A stretch of 64,000 nt of DNA, from NCBI GenBank assembly GCA_021814695.1, contig JAKAHY010000005.1:1364-65363 (forward strand), given 5' to 3'. Below the pieces are notes generated by a model. That model was not told the origin of the DNA. It made no database searches and worked only from the letters and a program-made list of their open reading frames with translations. This stretch comes from a bacterium (GTDB lineage Bacteria; Patescibacteriota; Minisyncoccia; UBA6257; JAGOQP01). The position numbers and the translations under genes were made by a program. This document shows, in pieces, positions 20,479 through 30,120 of this stretch (positions within the stretch are counted from its first letter, which is position 1; each line of letters begins with the position of its first letter).

Positions 20479-20823
20479 TTAGTTATGTCCTAATTTTAAT
20501 TTTTTGTACCTGTTTTCAATTTTTTTCATTTTAACCTGGAGTGACTTTTCTACATCAATTTTCATCAAGTCCGCGATAAGAAGAGAGCATAAAATAACAT
20601 CGGCAAATTCGTACTTCAAATTATCGTCTTTAAATTTATCGGATTTGTCCTTTCTCTGAAGCGAGTAATGGAATAATATTTCTTCACTGAGCTCTCCCAA
20701 CTCTTCCATAAGTTTTACAACCATAGCAAATACTTCCGCATCTCTGCTCAAGCGGCGCTTATCGCGTTTTCTTAAGCGCTTATTCTCGGCAACCGCAAAT
20801 TTTGTAAGTTTATTGAAATTCAT
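20479..20823 (-). CDS. MazG-like nucleotide pyrophosphohydrolase
   Basis: KLMEELGELSEE...EFADV motif. Confidence 0.85.
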   Translation of the reverse strand: MNFNKLTKFAVAENKRLRKRDKRRLSRDAEVFAMVVKLMEELGELSEEILFHYSLQRKDKSDKFKDDNLKYEFADVILCSLLIADLMKIDVEKSLQVKMKKIENRYKKLKLGHN

Positions 20824-20988
20824 AAATTATATTTTATTTATTCTCCAAAAACTGCGGGCGTTACTGGATTTGTCCCTCAAAATCATTCAGATTTTATCGG
20901 GATTGCGTTATTCAAACCTATCTTTGCTCGGGATAATAACGGGAAAACTCGTGACCTTTGCAATGCTTTCCCCGTTAGATTTCTGCGG

Positions 20989-21060
20989 TGCACCCTGCAG
21001 GGATCGAACCTGCGGCCTTCGCAATGTGAATGCGACGTTCTACCACTAAACTAAGGGTGC
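20989..21060 (-). tRNA. tRNA-Val(CAC)
   Basis: GCACCCT/AGGGTGC acceptor and TCGCA-TTCACAT-TGCGA anticodon arm. Confidence 0.96.
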
Positions 21061-21215
21061 AAATAAATCTAGCGGGGCTTAACAGGTAAACGCCCCCTTA
21101 ATTGCCAACGATTAGCATACAAAAAAAGACGCCCTGATACAAATCGCATCAGGACGCCTTTTGTCCGTATAAATCGGAGTTTAATCCGCATTTATCCGAG
21201 AATTTTCAATGGATT

Positions 21216-21584
21216 TTACTGTAATTCGACAACCGCTCCGGCTTCCATTAATTTCTTTTTCATTTCTTCGGCATCCTCCTTTTTAACGTTCTCTTTTATC
21301 GGTTTAGGAGCTCCATCAACTAAATCTTTGGCTTCCTTAAGTCCAAGTCCGGTGATTTCCTTAACCGCTTTAATGACGTTTATTTTCTGTTCTCCGGCAG
21401 CCTTCAAAACAACCGTAAAGGAAGTTTTTTCTTCGGCCGCTGCTGCTCCGGCTGCGCCTCCGGCCATTACCGGCATAGCTGCCGAAACTCCGAATTTTTC
21501 TTCCAGAGCTTTGACCAGTTCTGAAATTTCCAAGGCGGTTAATTTTTCAACTTGCGAGACAATGTCTTCTATTTTTTTATCCAT
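21216..21584 (-). CDS. rplL: 50S ribosomal protein L7/L12
   Basis: EEKFGVSA and [16 protein letters not shown]. Confidence 0.99.
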   Translation of the reverse strand: MDKKIEDIVSQVEKLTALEISELVKALEEKFGVSAAMPVMAGGAAGAAAAEEKTSFTVVLKAAGEQKINVIKAVKEITGLGLKEAKDLVDGAPKPIKENVKKEDAEEMKKKLMEAGAVVELQ

Positions 21585-21596
21585 ATTTTTTATTGA

Positions 21597-22100
21597 TTAT
21601 TGACCTTTCTTTGATATTTGATCGAGAACATTCGCTAAAGTTCTCAGAGGTGCCTGAACCATTCCGACAAGCTGGCCCAAAAGAATTTCTCTTGTAGGTA
21701 ATTGTCCCAAACGCTTAATCTCATCCGCCGAATAGAACCTCGAAGCAAGAACATCGTACCCTCCCATCATTTTGAATTCCGGAAGTTCTTTCTCTTTGCT
21801 CTTGGCGAAACGATACACGGTGCCGGCCGCATCAACAATATCGCGGGAAGAAAAAATAGTTCCCAACTGCGATTCAAATTGAGCAACATCAACATCGACG
21901 TTTTTTTGTTTGAAAACAAGACCCAGAAGCCTCTTCTTGATGACTTTATACGTGCTTTCAATCGCCGCAAGGGCATTTTTAAGAACACCAACTTCCCGAG
22001 TCGGGGTTTTTGAAAAATCCACGAACACGAGTGACTTGGAGCCTTCAAGCAATTCGGTTGCTTTTTTTATGTCCTGCGTTTTTTGTATTTTTGTTTTCAT
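21597..22100 (-). CDS. rplJ: 50S ribosomal protein L10
   Basis: YKVIKKRL and LPTREILLGQL; directly upstream of rplL. Confidence 0.95.
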   Translation of the reverse strand: MKTKIQKTQDIKKATELLEGSKSLVFVDFSKTPTREVGVLKNALAAIESTYKVIKKRLLGLVFKQKNVDVDVAQFESQLGTIFSSRDIVDAAGTVYRFAKSKEKELPEFKMMGGYDVLASRFYSADEIKRLGQLPTREILLGQLVGMVQAPLRTLANVLDQISKKGQ

Positions 22101-22240
22101 TATAGCTTACGCTAATGCGATACTAATATACGAATACATGCGAATAATACGGATGCATTCTAATATTTACCAACGCAAATCGACCTTTTATTTTTGGTCT
22201 CCGGCCCTTGCCTTTTATACAAAAAAGCGGCCAGATTCCC

Positions 22241-22316
22241 TAAGACCGCAAACAAAAAGTTTGTCTCCTCGGTATGTCTTATTCCCTATTTGGGACGCAT
22301 ACTGTCTGCGGATCTT
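22241..22316 (-). promoter_or_regulatory. L10-leader-like autoregulatory RNA
   Basis: CCGCAGACAGTATG...AATAAGACATACCGAGG resembles the AGACAG...UAA...CCGAGG pattern of L10 leaders; lies downstream of a TTGACT-17-TATATT promoter (22351-22323). Confidence 0.65.
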
Positions 22317-22351
22317 GTTTTTAATATACTATTTGAAGACCGCAAAGTCAA

Positions 22352-22416
22352 TCCTGAACCTTTTGTAAACACAGGCTCCACCCGTAAGCCAAGGGCAGTT
22401 TATAAAAGGTACGGGA
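22352..22416. mobile_element. MITE-like element 1 (imperfect 19-bp TIRs, TCAA direct flanks)
   Basis: TCAA|tcctgaaccttttgtaaac...gtttataaaaggtacggga|TCAA; ends are homologous to 49612-49740. Confidence 0.6.
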
Positions 22417-22453
22417 TCAATAAATAAAAAGCCGCCTTATATTCAATGACGGC

Positions 22454-22699
22454 TTAACCCAAAACAATATCAGAAGGGCTTCTGGTTGGAGGAAAATGCT
22501 CTCCCCTGAAGTTAATTTCGCATTTAACTTCCGAAATCCTTGCCCCGTCACAACCAAGGGCAGTATTCTGATAGAATTCGACATGATCCCTCACATATGT
22601 GGCAACCAATTCAAAATCACTTGCCCAGACAGATTGGGAGAGCGAAAATCCCATTTCATCTGATCCATATTCAACCACAAACTTTGTCATTTCGGGCAT
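22454..22699 (-). CDS. Hypothetical protein (ORFan cassette)
   Basis: GGAGG upstream; TTGACT-17-TATATT promoter (22752-22724); terminator at about 22426-22454. Confidence 0.6.
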   Translation of the reverse strand: MPEMTKFVVEYGSDEMGFSLSQSVWASDFELVATYVRDHVEFYQNTALGCDGARISEVKCEINFRGEHFPPTRSPSDIVLG

Positions 22700-22750
22700 T
22701 TGATTTCCTCCGATGCTGACTAAAATATATGTCCCATTTTAAAAATAGTC

Positions 22751-22786
22751 AATAAATAAGCCCCGCAATTGCGGGGCTTATTTATT
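22751..22786. terminator. Perfect 36-bp palindrome, terminator of the surface protein gene
   Basis: aataaataagccccgc-aatt-gcggggcttatttatt. Confidence 0.8.
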
Positions 22787-22810
22787 TGCGGACGTCACTC
22801 ACTCAATTTG

Positions 22811-25800
22811 TTATTTGTTCATCACGAACGGTTTTGCCTCAAGAACATCTTCGTCTTTCGTATTATCATTAGTGTCTTTGCGGAAGAAAATCCAGTAGAT
22901 AAGGAATAGTAAAGCGATAAACAGAATAAGATCAAATATCCAATTTCCGAGCAAAGCTCCAAACGCGGTGATAACCGTAGCTCCTAAGGCCGGACCACTG
23001 CCGACAATTGAAGTCAGGTAGGCTGAAATAGACTGGAATCTTCCCCGAACATCATTAAAGTTAAGAACCGAAGAAAAGATTACGGTATCTCCGTTAGAAA
23101 GAGAATCCGAAGCAATTCCATCAATGCTTATAGCTGATTGGAAATTAGCCGCGACCGCCCCAAGATTGTAGGAAATCCCATTAGCATCGTGATTGAAGAA
23201 AGGATAGTTGGTTGAAGAAAATTCAGTTCCCGGAGGCAAGATAACTTTCAGAAATGCGTTAGATAAGTTGTATGTGCATCCGTTACGATAAGTGATAGTC
23301 AAAACGAAATGCTGTCCCGGAGTTAACTGACTGACGTTTATCGAAGGAACAAGCATGAGACACGAGAGTCCGGTAGTGGTCGGCTGAACAATGATCGGAT
23401 TAGTGGGAGTAACCGGATTTACGATGATAGTTTGCTGTTTGGCAGTCGTAAAACTCAATATTGAACCGTAAGCTGTTCCGGAGCCGTTCTGAGCCACTGC
23501 GCGATAGTAATAAGTAGTATTCTGAGCAAGTCCCGAAACTGCGGTTGAGAGATTTGCATATGAACTTCCAGCCCCAACGGGTTGACTGACGGTTTGTGAT
23601 CCGAGACTCATAGTTGTCCCGTATTCAAACCAACCGTTGGCAGAATTGCCATTGGGATTTACCTGCCCGTTAAGCAATGCCGACGTTTGATAAATATACG
23701 ATGCCTGATTGGTTATGACCAAAGGCGTAACGTTGTAGTTATTATTTCCTCCGGTAGAAAAACTCAATATCTGGCCGTAAGTCGTTCCGGAATCGTTTCT
23801 GGCTGCTGCGCGATAATAATAGGTAGTCCCTTGAGACAATCCTGAAACAGATTGATTGAAGTACTGGGTTCCGCTGTATGAACCGATGCTCTGCGAAAAA
23901 GTAGTGTTACCAAGATAGTTATAGTTGGTTCCATACTCAAACCAGGCGTAAGTATTTCCACCATTGGGGTTTACCTGACCATAAAGTGTAGCTGAATTGT
24001 AGGAGACGTTAGAGCTGTTGGTCTGAACATAAGGAGTGCTTCCGTTATAGCAGTTATTTCCATAACATCCGCCTCCGTTGTTTGTAGAGAAACTAAGAAT
24101 TGATCCGTAAGCGGTTCCGGCGCTATTTTGGGCGACAACCCGGTAATAATAAGTCGTGTTGTAGTTGAGTCCGGATATATAAGTAGAGACATTGATTGAG
24201 CTGTTGTTGGAACCGGCCGACTGATAGGAAGTCATGTTCCCTAAGTTAGTCGAAGCTCCATACTCAAACCAGTAGTTGGTGGAACAATTGTTCGGATTTA
24301 CCTGTCCGTTAAGTTGAGCCGAATTCTGATAAACATTTCCGACACTCAAAGACGAGGCCATCGGAGACGAACACGATCCTCCACTGCCTCCATTGGTTGT
24401 AAAGCTTAAAATTGAACCCTGAGAAGTTCCGTAGGAATTCTGAGCAACAATCCTGTAGTAATAAGTGGTGTTAGAAGAAAGATTTGATAAGCTTGCCGAA
24501 TAAGGTTGAGCGCTATTTCCGGAACCGGCTGATTGAAATCCGGTGGAATTACCCAAAGACTGGGAAGTTCCGTATTCAAACCAATATGATGTTGAAGCGC
24601 TGTTAGGATTTACGGTACCGGTTATCTGAGCCGAAGATTGAGAAAGATTATTCGTTCCGCCGGTAACCACAATAGGAGTATTTCCTCCTCCGCCTCCGCC
24701 ATTAGCAGTTGTGAAACTAAGAACTGATCCCTGGGTAGTTCCGTAAGAATTCTGGGCGACTACTCTAAAATAATAAGTAGTGTTAGCCGACAATCCCGTT
24801 ACACCAGCCAAAACATTTTGATTTGAAGTTCCGTTTCCGGCCGATTGAGCCGAAGTCGTATTACCCAAAGACTGGGAGGTCCCGTATTCGAACCAATATG
24901 ATGTTGAAGCGCTGTTGGGATTTACCGAACCATTAAGAGTCGCCGAAGTCTGAGAAACGTCGGAGGCTGAATTGGTAATCGCCAAAGGAGCCGATCCTTG
25001 ATGTGTCTGGCTGATTTGAACAGTAACGCTATCGGTTGCCAAACCGCTTGAATTGCTGCAAGAAATAGAATAGGTGGTCAAACTATAAATAGCTCCGGTT
25101 AAAACCGATCCCGAAGTTGCCCCTCCGGTAGAAAAATTACCTCCGGTAGCATGACATTCGGTGGCATTGGTCGAACTCCAATTTAAAGTTGAGGAACCGC
25201 CACTGGTTACAGTTGTCGGGTTAGCAGAGATATTAGCCGTCGGATATTGTGCGGGCGGATTACTTACACTAACAGTAACGCTATCGGTTGCCGAACCGCT
25301 TGAATTGCTGCAAGAAATAGAATAGGTGGTTGAGCTATAAAGGACTCCGGTTGAAGCAGATCCGGATGTCGCTCCTCCGGTAGAAAAATTACCTCTGGTA
25401 GCATGACATTCGGTGGCATTATTTGAACTCCATTGAATCGTAGATGAATTTCCGGAACCTATAATTGTCGGGTAGGCGGAAATATTCGCCGTCGGTTGTG
25501 AAACCGGAGGCGGATTGTTTATCACGCTTACGGTTGCATTAGCCTGAATGGAACCACCCGAAGAATTTGTACATTGAATTGAAAAAGTTGTGGTGCCAGC
25601 CAACGGAGAAACCTGGTCTTGTCCCTGGGTCGCGTTACTGGTAGAAAAACCGGCTCCGGCCAAAGCATGACATTCGGTGGCGTTGGTTGATGTCCAGTGC
25701 AGATAAGGAGCTGTTCCTAACGAAACCTGAGTTACGGCAGTGCCGTTGGGATACTCTGCCCAAAGATTAGCCGTGGGTTGCTGTTGCTGAATCGATTGTC

Positions 25801-26287
25801 CGGTAATGCTATAAAGTCCGGTTGTATAATATTCGATATTCCCGCTGCCCGGTAAAACATCCCCTACCCCGCCAAAACTGGCGCTCATGGGAGAAAGAGA
25901 GATGGTGTATCCCGGAGCTGCATAAATATCTACAGATTGCGAAATTGATGGCGCGTTTTGAGCCCAAATTGTTCCGGTTACTCTGATGTGATTACCGTCA
26001 CCGGTAGCGCTATAACTGGATTTGGCATCAATAGCGGTAACCGAAGAATTGTTTAAAAAGGTGAATTCGAAAGCAACCTGATCTCCAGGCTTCATATTAG
26101 TAAGCGATGTCGTCCAGTTGTATGTTCCGGCATATGCGTGATTTCCAACCGTAAACATTCCGGATTGAGAAAATGACGCTTGACCGGCAGCCAATGCAAA
26201 AGAAGGCACGAGCGAAGCCGCTACGCCTATAACTACGACCAAAATTGATGATATTTTGAATAATTTATTCATTTTAGAATTAGGCAT
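22811..26287 (-). CDS. Large membrane-anchored surface protein with Ig-like and FN3-like repeats
   Basis: Signal peptide; three W.S.NATECHA modules; five VNPN...WFEYG...TYYYR repeats; C-terminal TM helix. Confidence 0.9.
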   Translation of the reverse strand: MPNSKMNKLFKISSILVVVIGVAASLVPSFALAAGQASFSQSGMFTVGNHAYAGTYNWTTSLTNMKPGDQVAFEFTFLNNSSVTAIDAKSSYSATGDGNHIRVTGTIWAQNAPSISQSVDIYAAPGYTISLSPMSASFGGVGDVLPGSGNIEYYTTGLYSITGQSIQQQQPTANLWAEYPNGTAVTQVSLGTAPYLHWTSTNATECHALAGAGFSTSNATQGQDQVSPLAGTTTFSIQCTNSSGGSIQANATVSVINNPPPVSQPTANISAYPTIIGSGNSSTIQWSSNNATECHATRGNFSTGGATSGSASTGVLYSSTTYSISCSNSSGSATDSVTVSVSNPPAQYPTANISANPTTVTSGGSSTLNWSSTNATECHATGGNFSTGGATSGSVLTGAIYSLTTYSISCSNSSGLATDSVTVQISQTHQGSAPLAITNSASDVSQTSATLNGSVNPNSASTSYWFEYGTSQSLGNTTSAQSAGNGTSNQNVLAGVTGLSANTTYYFRVVAQNSYGTTQGSVLSFTTANGGGGGGNTPIVVTGGTNNLSQSSAQITGTVNPNSASTSYWFEYGTSQSLGNSTGFQSAGSGNSAQPYSASLSNLSSNTTYYYRIVAQNSYGTSQGSILSFTTNGGSGGSCSSPMASSLSVGNVYQNSAQLNGQVNPNNCSTNYWFEYGASTNLGNMTSYQSAGSNNSSINVSTYISGLNYNTTYYYRVVAQNSAGTAYGSILSFSTNNGGGCYGNNCYNGSTPYVQTNSSNVSYNSATLYGQVNPNGGNTYAWFEYGTNYNYLGNTTFSQSIGSYSGTQYFNQSVSGLSQGTTYYYRAAARNDSGTTYGQILSFSTGGNNNYNVTPLVITNQASYIYQTSALLNGQVNPNGNSANGWFEYGTTMSLGSQTVSQPVGAGSSYANLSTAVSGLAQNTTYYYRAVAQNGSGTAYGSILSFTTAKQQTIIVNPVTPTNPIIVQPTTTGLSCLMLVPSINVSQLTPGQHFVLTITYRNGCTYNLSNAFLKVILPPGTEFSSTNYPFFNHDANGISYNLGAVAANFQSAISIDGIASDSLSNGDTVIFSSVLNFNDVRGRFQSISAYLTSIVGSGPALGATVITAFGALLGNWIFDLILFIALLFLIYWIFFRKDTNDNTKDEDVLEAKPFVMNK

Positions 26288-26475
26288 ATTTTATCACAAC
26301 ATACGATAAAAGTCAATACATATGACTATTAGGGTTGCGTGTAATTGAAACATACAGCAATAGCGCCAATAATCAAGATCTTATCATTTTAAGAGCCTCA
26401 AAATCATATTTTGAAAACCTTAAAATAACGGGGTGCCTTTGGGGGCACCCGCATCAAATGTTCTAAAAGTGCGAT

Positions 26476-27300
26476 TTAAGGAATCGTCGATCCTGGACGG
26501 ACCGCCTCGGAATGGCCGCTTCCTCCTGACACACCTTCGACGATGGCTCCGGCGACAATTAGCCCCACCGTTGCCCAAAGCACGTTGTGGTTGTTGATGT
26601 CGATGTATACTCGACCCATAACACTTCCGCCCAGGCCGGTACACTCGAAGATGTACGTCTCGTCATGCTTGAGATGCGGAGTGAGAAACTCCCCCGATGT
26701 TTTGCTGTCCGTGTTCAGACCCACACCGCCAAGAGCGTGGCACTCAGAGGTGAACTGCGAATCCCACAGGATTCTGACCTGGGATCCTCGCTTCACCTTC
26801 ATGCCTGCGACATCCTGGCCGATCCACGTTGCTTGAAGCGACAGGGTCGGCTTGGGTGCCGTCCTTGGAACCCCAACGACTTGCGCCGGTTGAGGTACGG
26901 TCGGAGGTGGCGGTGGCGCGGTCGCCTCGTAGCATTGGATGCCGATCGCCCTGGATGTATCCAGGTCGATCGCGGGGATAAATCCGTTTCCACACTGCCA
27001 CAGCACGAGATGTGTCCTGGCGGGAATCACCTTCCCGTTAAACTCAGCGGGAAAAATGATCGGCGTCAGAGGCGCAAGAGACTTGCTCCCCTTGAAGCCA
27101 AAACGCGTTTGCATCAGCCCAGGGACAGGGGCGTCCCACTTGGCCATACACTCCCCCTGCCGAACCGTTCTGTCCGGCTCGATTGGGTCGGTGCCAATGA
27201 CATAATATACATGTGGTTCGGCGGCAATCGCATAGCTGGGAACCAGCCATGCAAAGGCCAAAATGAGACAACCAAAAACAACCCACGTCGTCTTTTTCAT
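26476..27300 (-). CDS. GC-rich secreted/membrane protein with one Ig-like module
   Basis: GAAAGGAG SD; TTGACA-17-TAATAT promoter; signal peptide; WDSQFTSECHALGG module. Confidence 0.75.
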   Translation of the reverse strand: MKKTTWVVFGCLILAFAWLVPSYAIAAEPHVYYVIGTDPIEPDRTVRQGECMAKWDAPVPGLMQTRFGFKGSKSLAPLTPIIFPAEFNGKVIPARTHLVLWQCGNGFIPAIDLDTSRAIGIQCYEATAPPPPPTVPQPAQVVGVPRTAPKPTLSLQATWIGQDVAGMKVKRGSQVRILWDSQFTSECHALGGVGLNTDSKTSGEFLTPHLKHDETYIFECTGLGGSVMGRVYIDINNHNVLWATVGLIVAGAIVEGVSGGSGHSEAVRPGSTIP

Positions 27301-27425
27301 CGTCCTCTCCTTTCGTTTTCTAACAGCTTTTTAGATATTATCACAAAATAGTACTTATGTCAATAAAAAGTTGCCAAAAACCCAGCTATTTATCAAATAA
27401 ATGTTCGTTCACAAAATTTATTTCA

Positions 27426-28085
27426 TCAGCCCGCTATCAGGGGAACAAAAGAAAATCCATGAAATGCCCTTTCTTCAAAATCATTCTTTTCTGTTTTATC
27501 CAGAACAACAATGCTCTCCCCCAGCGGAGCGACAATTCTTCCTCCAATAATAAGCTGGTCCTTCCAAGACTCGGGAATCTTATCCGCAGAAGCAGCTGCA
27601 ATAATCTTGTCGAAAGGAGCTTCGGTTTCATACCCCTTTGTGCCATCAAAATTTATAATCTTTGCCACCTCTCTTTCGACAAACCCGTATTTGGAAAGAT
27701 TGTTTATTGCCATCTGAGCAAGAGAATCGATACGCTCGAGAGAGATAACTCCATAGCGTCCATCTTTGTCTTCGGTAATTCCTCCGGGATGTTCAATCAT
27801 TTTGGCAATCAGTGCCGTCTGCCAACCGGAACCCGAGCCAATCTCCATAACCTTATCCCCCGCCCGCAAATCCAGGAGCTCGAGCATAAAGGCAACCGTC
27901 AGCGGTTGAGAAATAGTTTGTCCGTTTCCTATTGAAAGAGGCTCATTATGATATGCAAACTCCGCCAAAGAAGGCGGAACAAAGTCTTTGCGGTCAATCG
28001 CGTTAAAAGCATCTATAAGCAGCTGGGATTTAAGATATCCCAACTCGGTAAGTTCTTTTACAAGCTCGGAGTTTGAATAGGCCAT
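27426..28085 (-). CDS. pcm: Protein-L-isoaspartate O-methyltransferase
   Basis: GQTISQP, MEIGSGSGWQTA, APFDKII and GGRIVAP. Confidence 0.95.
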   Translation of the reverse strand: MAYSNSELVKELTELGYLKSQLLIDAFNAIDRKDFVPPSLAEFAYHNEPLSIGNGQTISQPLTVAFMLELLDLRAGDKVMEIGSGSGWQTALIAKMIEHPGGITEDKDGRYGVISLERIDSLAQMAINNLSKYGFVEREVAKIINFDGTKGYETEAPFDKIIAAASADKIPESWKDQLIIGGRIVAPLGESIVVLDKTEKNDFEERAFHGFSFVPLIAG

Positions 28086-28150
28086 TTACTATATAATAGC
28101 AGATGTTAAGCGTTGAAAAAATGCCTGTTGTGATGTATTTTGTAAACATT

Positions 28151-28205
28151 GGGGTCATACCTGCCTACCGGCAGGCAGGGTTCAAGAGCTCATTGGTAGA
28201 ATTGC
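28151..28205 (+). pseudogene. Duplicated 5' fragment of tRNA-Trp interrupted by a 20-bp palindrome and an 8-bp insert
   Basis: GGGGTCATA[20-mer]GTTCAA[GAGCTCAT]TGGTAGAATTGC matches tRNA-Trp nt 1-27 once the inserts are removed. Confidence 0.8.
28160..28179. repeat. REP-like palindrome CCTGCCTACCGGCAGGCAGG (copy 2)
   Basis: Identical to 14052-14071. Confidence 0.9.
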
Positions 28206-28231
28206 TTCGTCTTCATTAACATTATTAATAT

Positions 28232-28305
28232 GGGGTCATAGTTCAATGGTAGAATTGCGGTCTCCAAAACCGCTGATCTAGGTTCGAATCCTAGTGACCC
28301 CGCCA
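28232..28305 (+). tRNA. tRNA-Trp(CCA)
   Basis: GGGGTCA/TGACCCC acceptor, GCGGT-CTCCAAA-ACCGC anticodon arm and encoded CCA. Confidence 0.97.
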
Positions 28306-28479
28306 GTGTAAAAATAATACCCGCAGTCGTGTTATTTTTATACAAGTGAGTCCTTGGATTCGAATTGGAAAAGGGTCGGGAAAACAACGTTTTCCCGTGT
28401 TGGAAAACAGCGAAGCGTTAGAAACCGAGGGTGTCTAAGGAGAAGCGAAGCGACGACGTGAGATTCCTAGTGACCCCGC
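28306..28479 (+). repeat. tRNA-Trp trailer: hairpin, inverted 3'-end copy, core and 15-bp direct repeat
   Basis: TCCTAGTGACCCCGC at 28289-28303 and 28465-28479; hairpin 28306-28343; inverted T-arm copy 28346-28364. Confidence 0.8.
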
Positions 28480-28511
28480 AGATAAAAATAGAGCTTAATT
28501 TTAAGCTCTTT

Positions 28512-28895
28512 TTAATTCGATCTCTTAAGTTCCGGAGCGAAATAAAGCATCGTCTTCTTCTTATGGCAGATAGGACAGATATATTCGACCTCATATTTAA
28601 AAACGTGCTTATCGTACCAACCTTCGCGAGCCTTGACCCATTTCGTCTCCTCTCCGCTTACCAGCTGCGGCCCAATAACGGCAATCACTTTACCCTGCAT
28701 ACGGTAAGTTTTTCCAAAATTGCATTGCCTTTTTTCGAAAGCCCTGACATCATCCCCGATGTTGAATTTCTGAACTTCGCAACCTTTGGATTCGCATCTT
28801 AATGCGGCAGATTCCGTTCTGTGCTTTTTACCACAAATCTCACACAAAAAACGGACAATGGTCCTGGAAGGGACTGTTCTCTCCACTCTTTTCAC
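28512..28895 (-). CDS. Hypothetical Zn-binding protein (ORFan cassette)
   Basis: CEICGKKH...CE and CPIC motifs; AAGGAG SD; TTGACA-16-TAGAAT promoter. Confidence 0.7.
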   Translation of the reverse strand: MKRVERTVPSRTIVRFLCEICGKKHRTESAALRCESKGCEVQKFNIGDDVRAFEKRQCNFGKTYRMQGKVIAVIGPQLVSGEETKWVKAREGWYDKHVFKYEVEYICPICHKKKTMLYFAPELKRSN

Positions 28896-28955
28896 AAGTT
28901 TTCTCCTTGTTCTGCAAAAATTCTATCATGTAGTACCGAAGTGTCAAATAAAAAT

Positions 28956-29684
28956 TTATTTGACAAACTTGAACGTACCGATAATATTTTTCATCAACGA
29001 ATTTATTTTTTTCTCGTCAAACGGCCTAAGATTGTACGAGGATGGATAGTTGGCAATCTGGCTGGAATGAACGGTGTATTCCAATGCATAACATCGGCTA
29101 TTGTGCAGCGTACGATAACTGGTTGTTTCGTAGTAATTTCCGGCACCGGCATCGGCCGAATGGAAAACAGTGAATTGGACACCGTTAACATCGGCAGTTG
29201 AGGTTGCCATAGCCGGTCCCCCGCTTGAGTCGGCATTCATACATTGAGCCACGGCAGATTTATCAGAACTGGCCCCAATCGTAAATTTGGTATCAATAAA
29301 ATTAGTTTGAGGCTCAAATGCTCTGGGAACGGTCAGCTCAAAATATTTTATTCCCGAAATATTATTAGCTCCCGCTCGCCAATCGACCGACGGCAAATTT
29401 AAATAACTACCTTGAGCATCAAAATCAATCGGATAGGCTATGCTAAAGCCACTGTTATTCGCATCAACTTGCCATTCGGCAGGATTGCTGTAATACTCCG
29501 TCACACAAGATAAATTCTGAGTTGAGGAGCTCACGGCAGTGTCGGGTGAAATATTTTCGATAGATAAAAGAGTTTTTTGATATTCCATCCCGTAATAAAA
29601 TCCTAAAAACGGCAGTGCCACGAATAAAATCAAGGCCAGCAATTTTGAATACCAAGTTACTTTATTCCATTCTATTTTTTGCAT
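28956..29684 (-). CDS. Membrane-anchored extracellular protein of unknown function
   Basis: N-terminal VTWYSKLLALILF TM helix; DAGAGNYY motif. Confidence 0.8.
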   Translation of the reverse strand: MQKIEWNKVTWYSKLLALILFVALPFLGFYYGMEYQKTLLSIENISPDTAVSSSTQNLSCVTEYYSNPAEWQVDANNSGFSIAYPIDFDAQGSYLNLPSVDWRAGANNISGIKYFELTVPRAFEPQTNFIDTKFTIGASSDKSAVAQCMNADSSGGPAMATSTADVNGVQFTVFHSADAGAGNYYETTSYRTLHNSRCYALEYTVHSSQIANYPSSYNLRPFDEKKINSLMKNIIGTFKFVK

Positions 29685-29812
29685 GTTATTAACATAATAG
29701 CATATACGCTTTTATATTCTAAAAACCCGCCTTTCGGCGGAATTTTTATATTTTAATTCGCGTGAGCGCATTCGTGTCGCCGAAGCTTTGGCAAAGGCGC
29801 GCTATTCGCATA

Positions 29813-29983
29813 CTATCTTTTGGCTTCAGCGTGTTTAGTGTGATCGCGGCACCATTTGCAATATTTTTTAAGCTCCAATTTTCCCTCAAAAGTTTTTTTG
29901 TTTTTTCGGGTGCTGTAATTTATCCGCTTACAAACGGTGCATCTTAATTTTGTTAAATTTTCGGTGAATTTTGATTTTGCCAT
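29813..29983 (-). CDS. rpmG: 50S ribosomal protein L33
   Basis: Not in the ORF track. Translates to [56 protein letters not shown]. Confidence 0.96.
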   Translation of the reverse strand: MAKSKFTENLTKLRCTVCKRINYSTRKNKKTFEGKLELKKYCKWCRDHTKHAEAKR

Positions 29984-30000
29984 ATTTTTTTATTTATGTG

Positions 30001-30073
30001 AGCCAATGGCCGGAATTGAACCGGCGACCTACTCCTTACCATGGAGTTGCTCTACCAGCTGAGCTACATTGGC
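30001..30073 (-). tRNA. tRNA-Thr(GGT)
   Basis: GCCAATG/CATTGGC acceptor and ACTCC-ATGGTAA-GGAGT anticodon arm. Confidence 0.96.
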
Positions 30074-30120
30074 CTGGATCACAGACATTATCCTAACGAA
30101 AACCAACATAACTTTCAAGC

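Noticed and set aside
20830-20988. Trailer element or ncRNA after tRNA-Val
   Set aside because: One hairpin (TAACGGGGAAA/TTTTCCCGTTA) but no inverted or direct copy of the tRNA end; not enough to call.
22811-26287. Diversity-generating retroelement TR/VR pair in the surface protein repeats
   Set aside because: Mismatches are not adenine-specific, the repeats are in-frame domains, and there is no reverse transcriptase in the window.
26543-27935. Long plus-strand ORFs (26587-27351, 27357-27935)
   Set aside because: Antisense shadows of better-supported minus-strand genes; no recognisable motifs.
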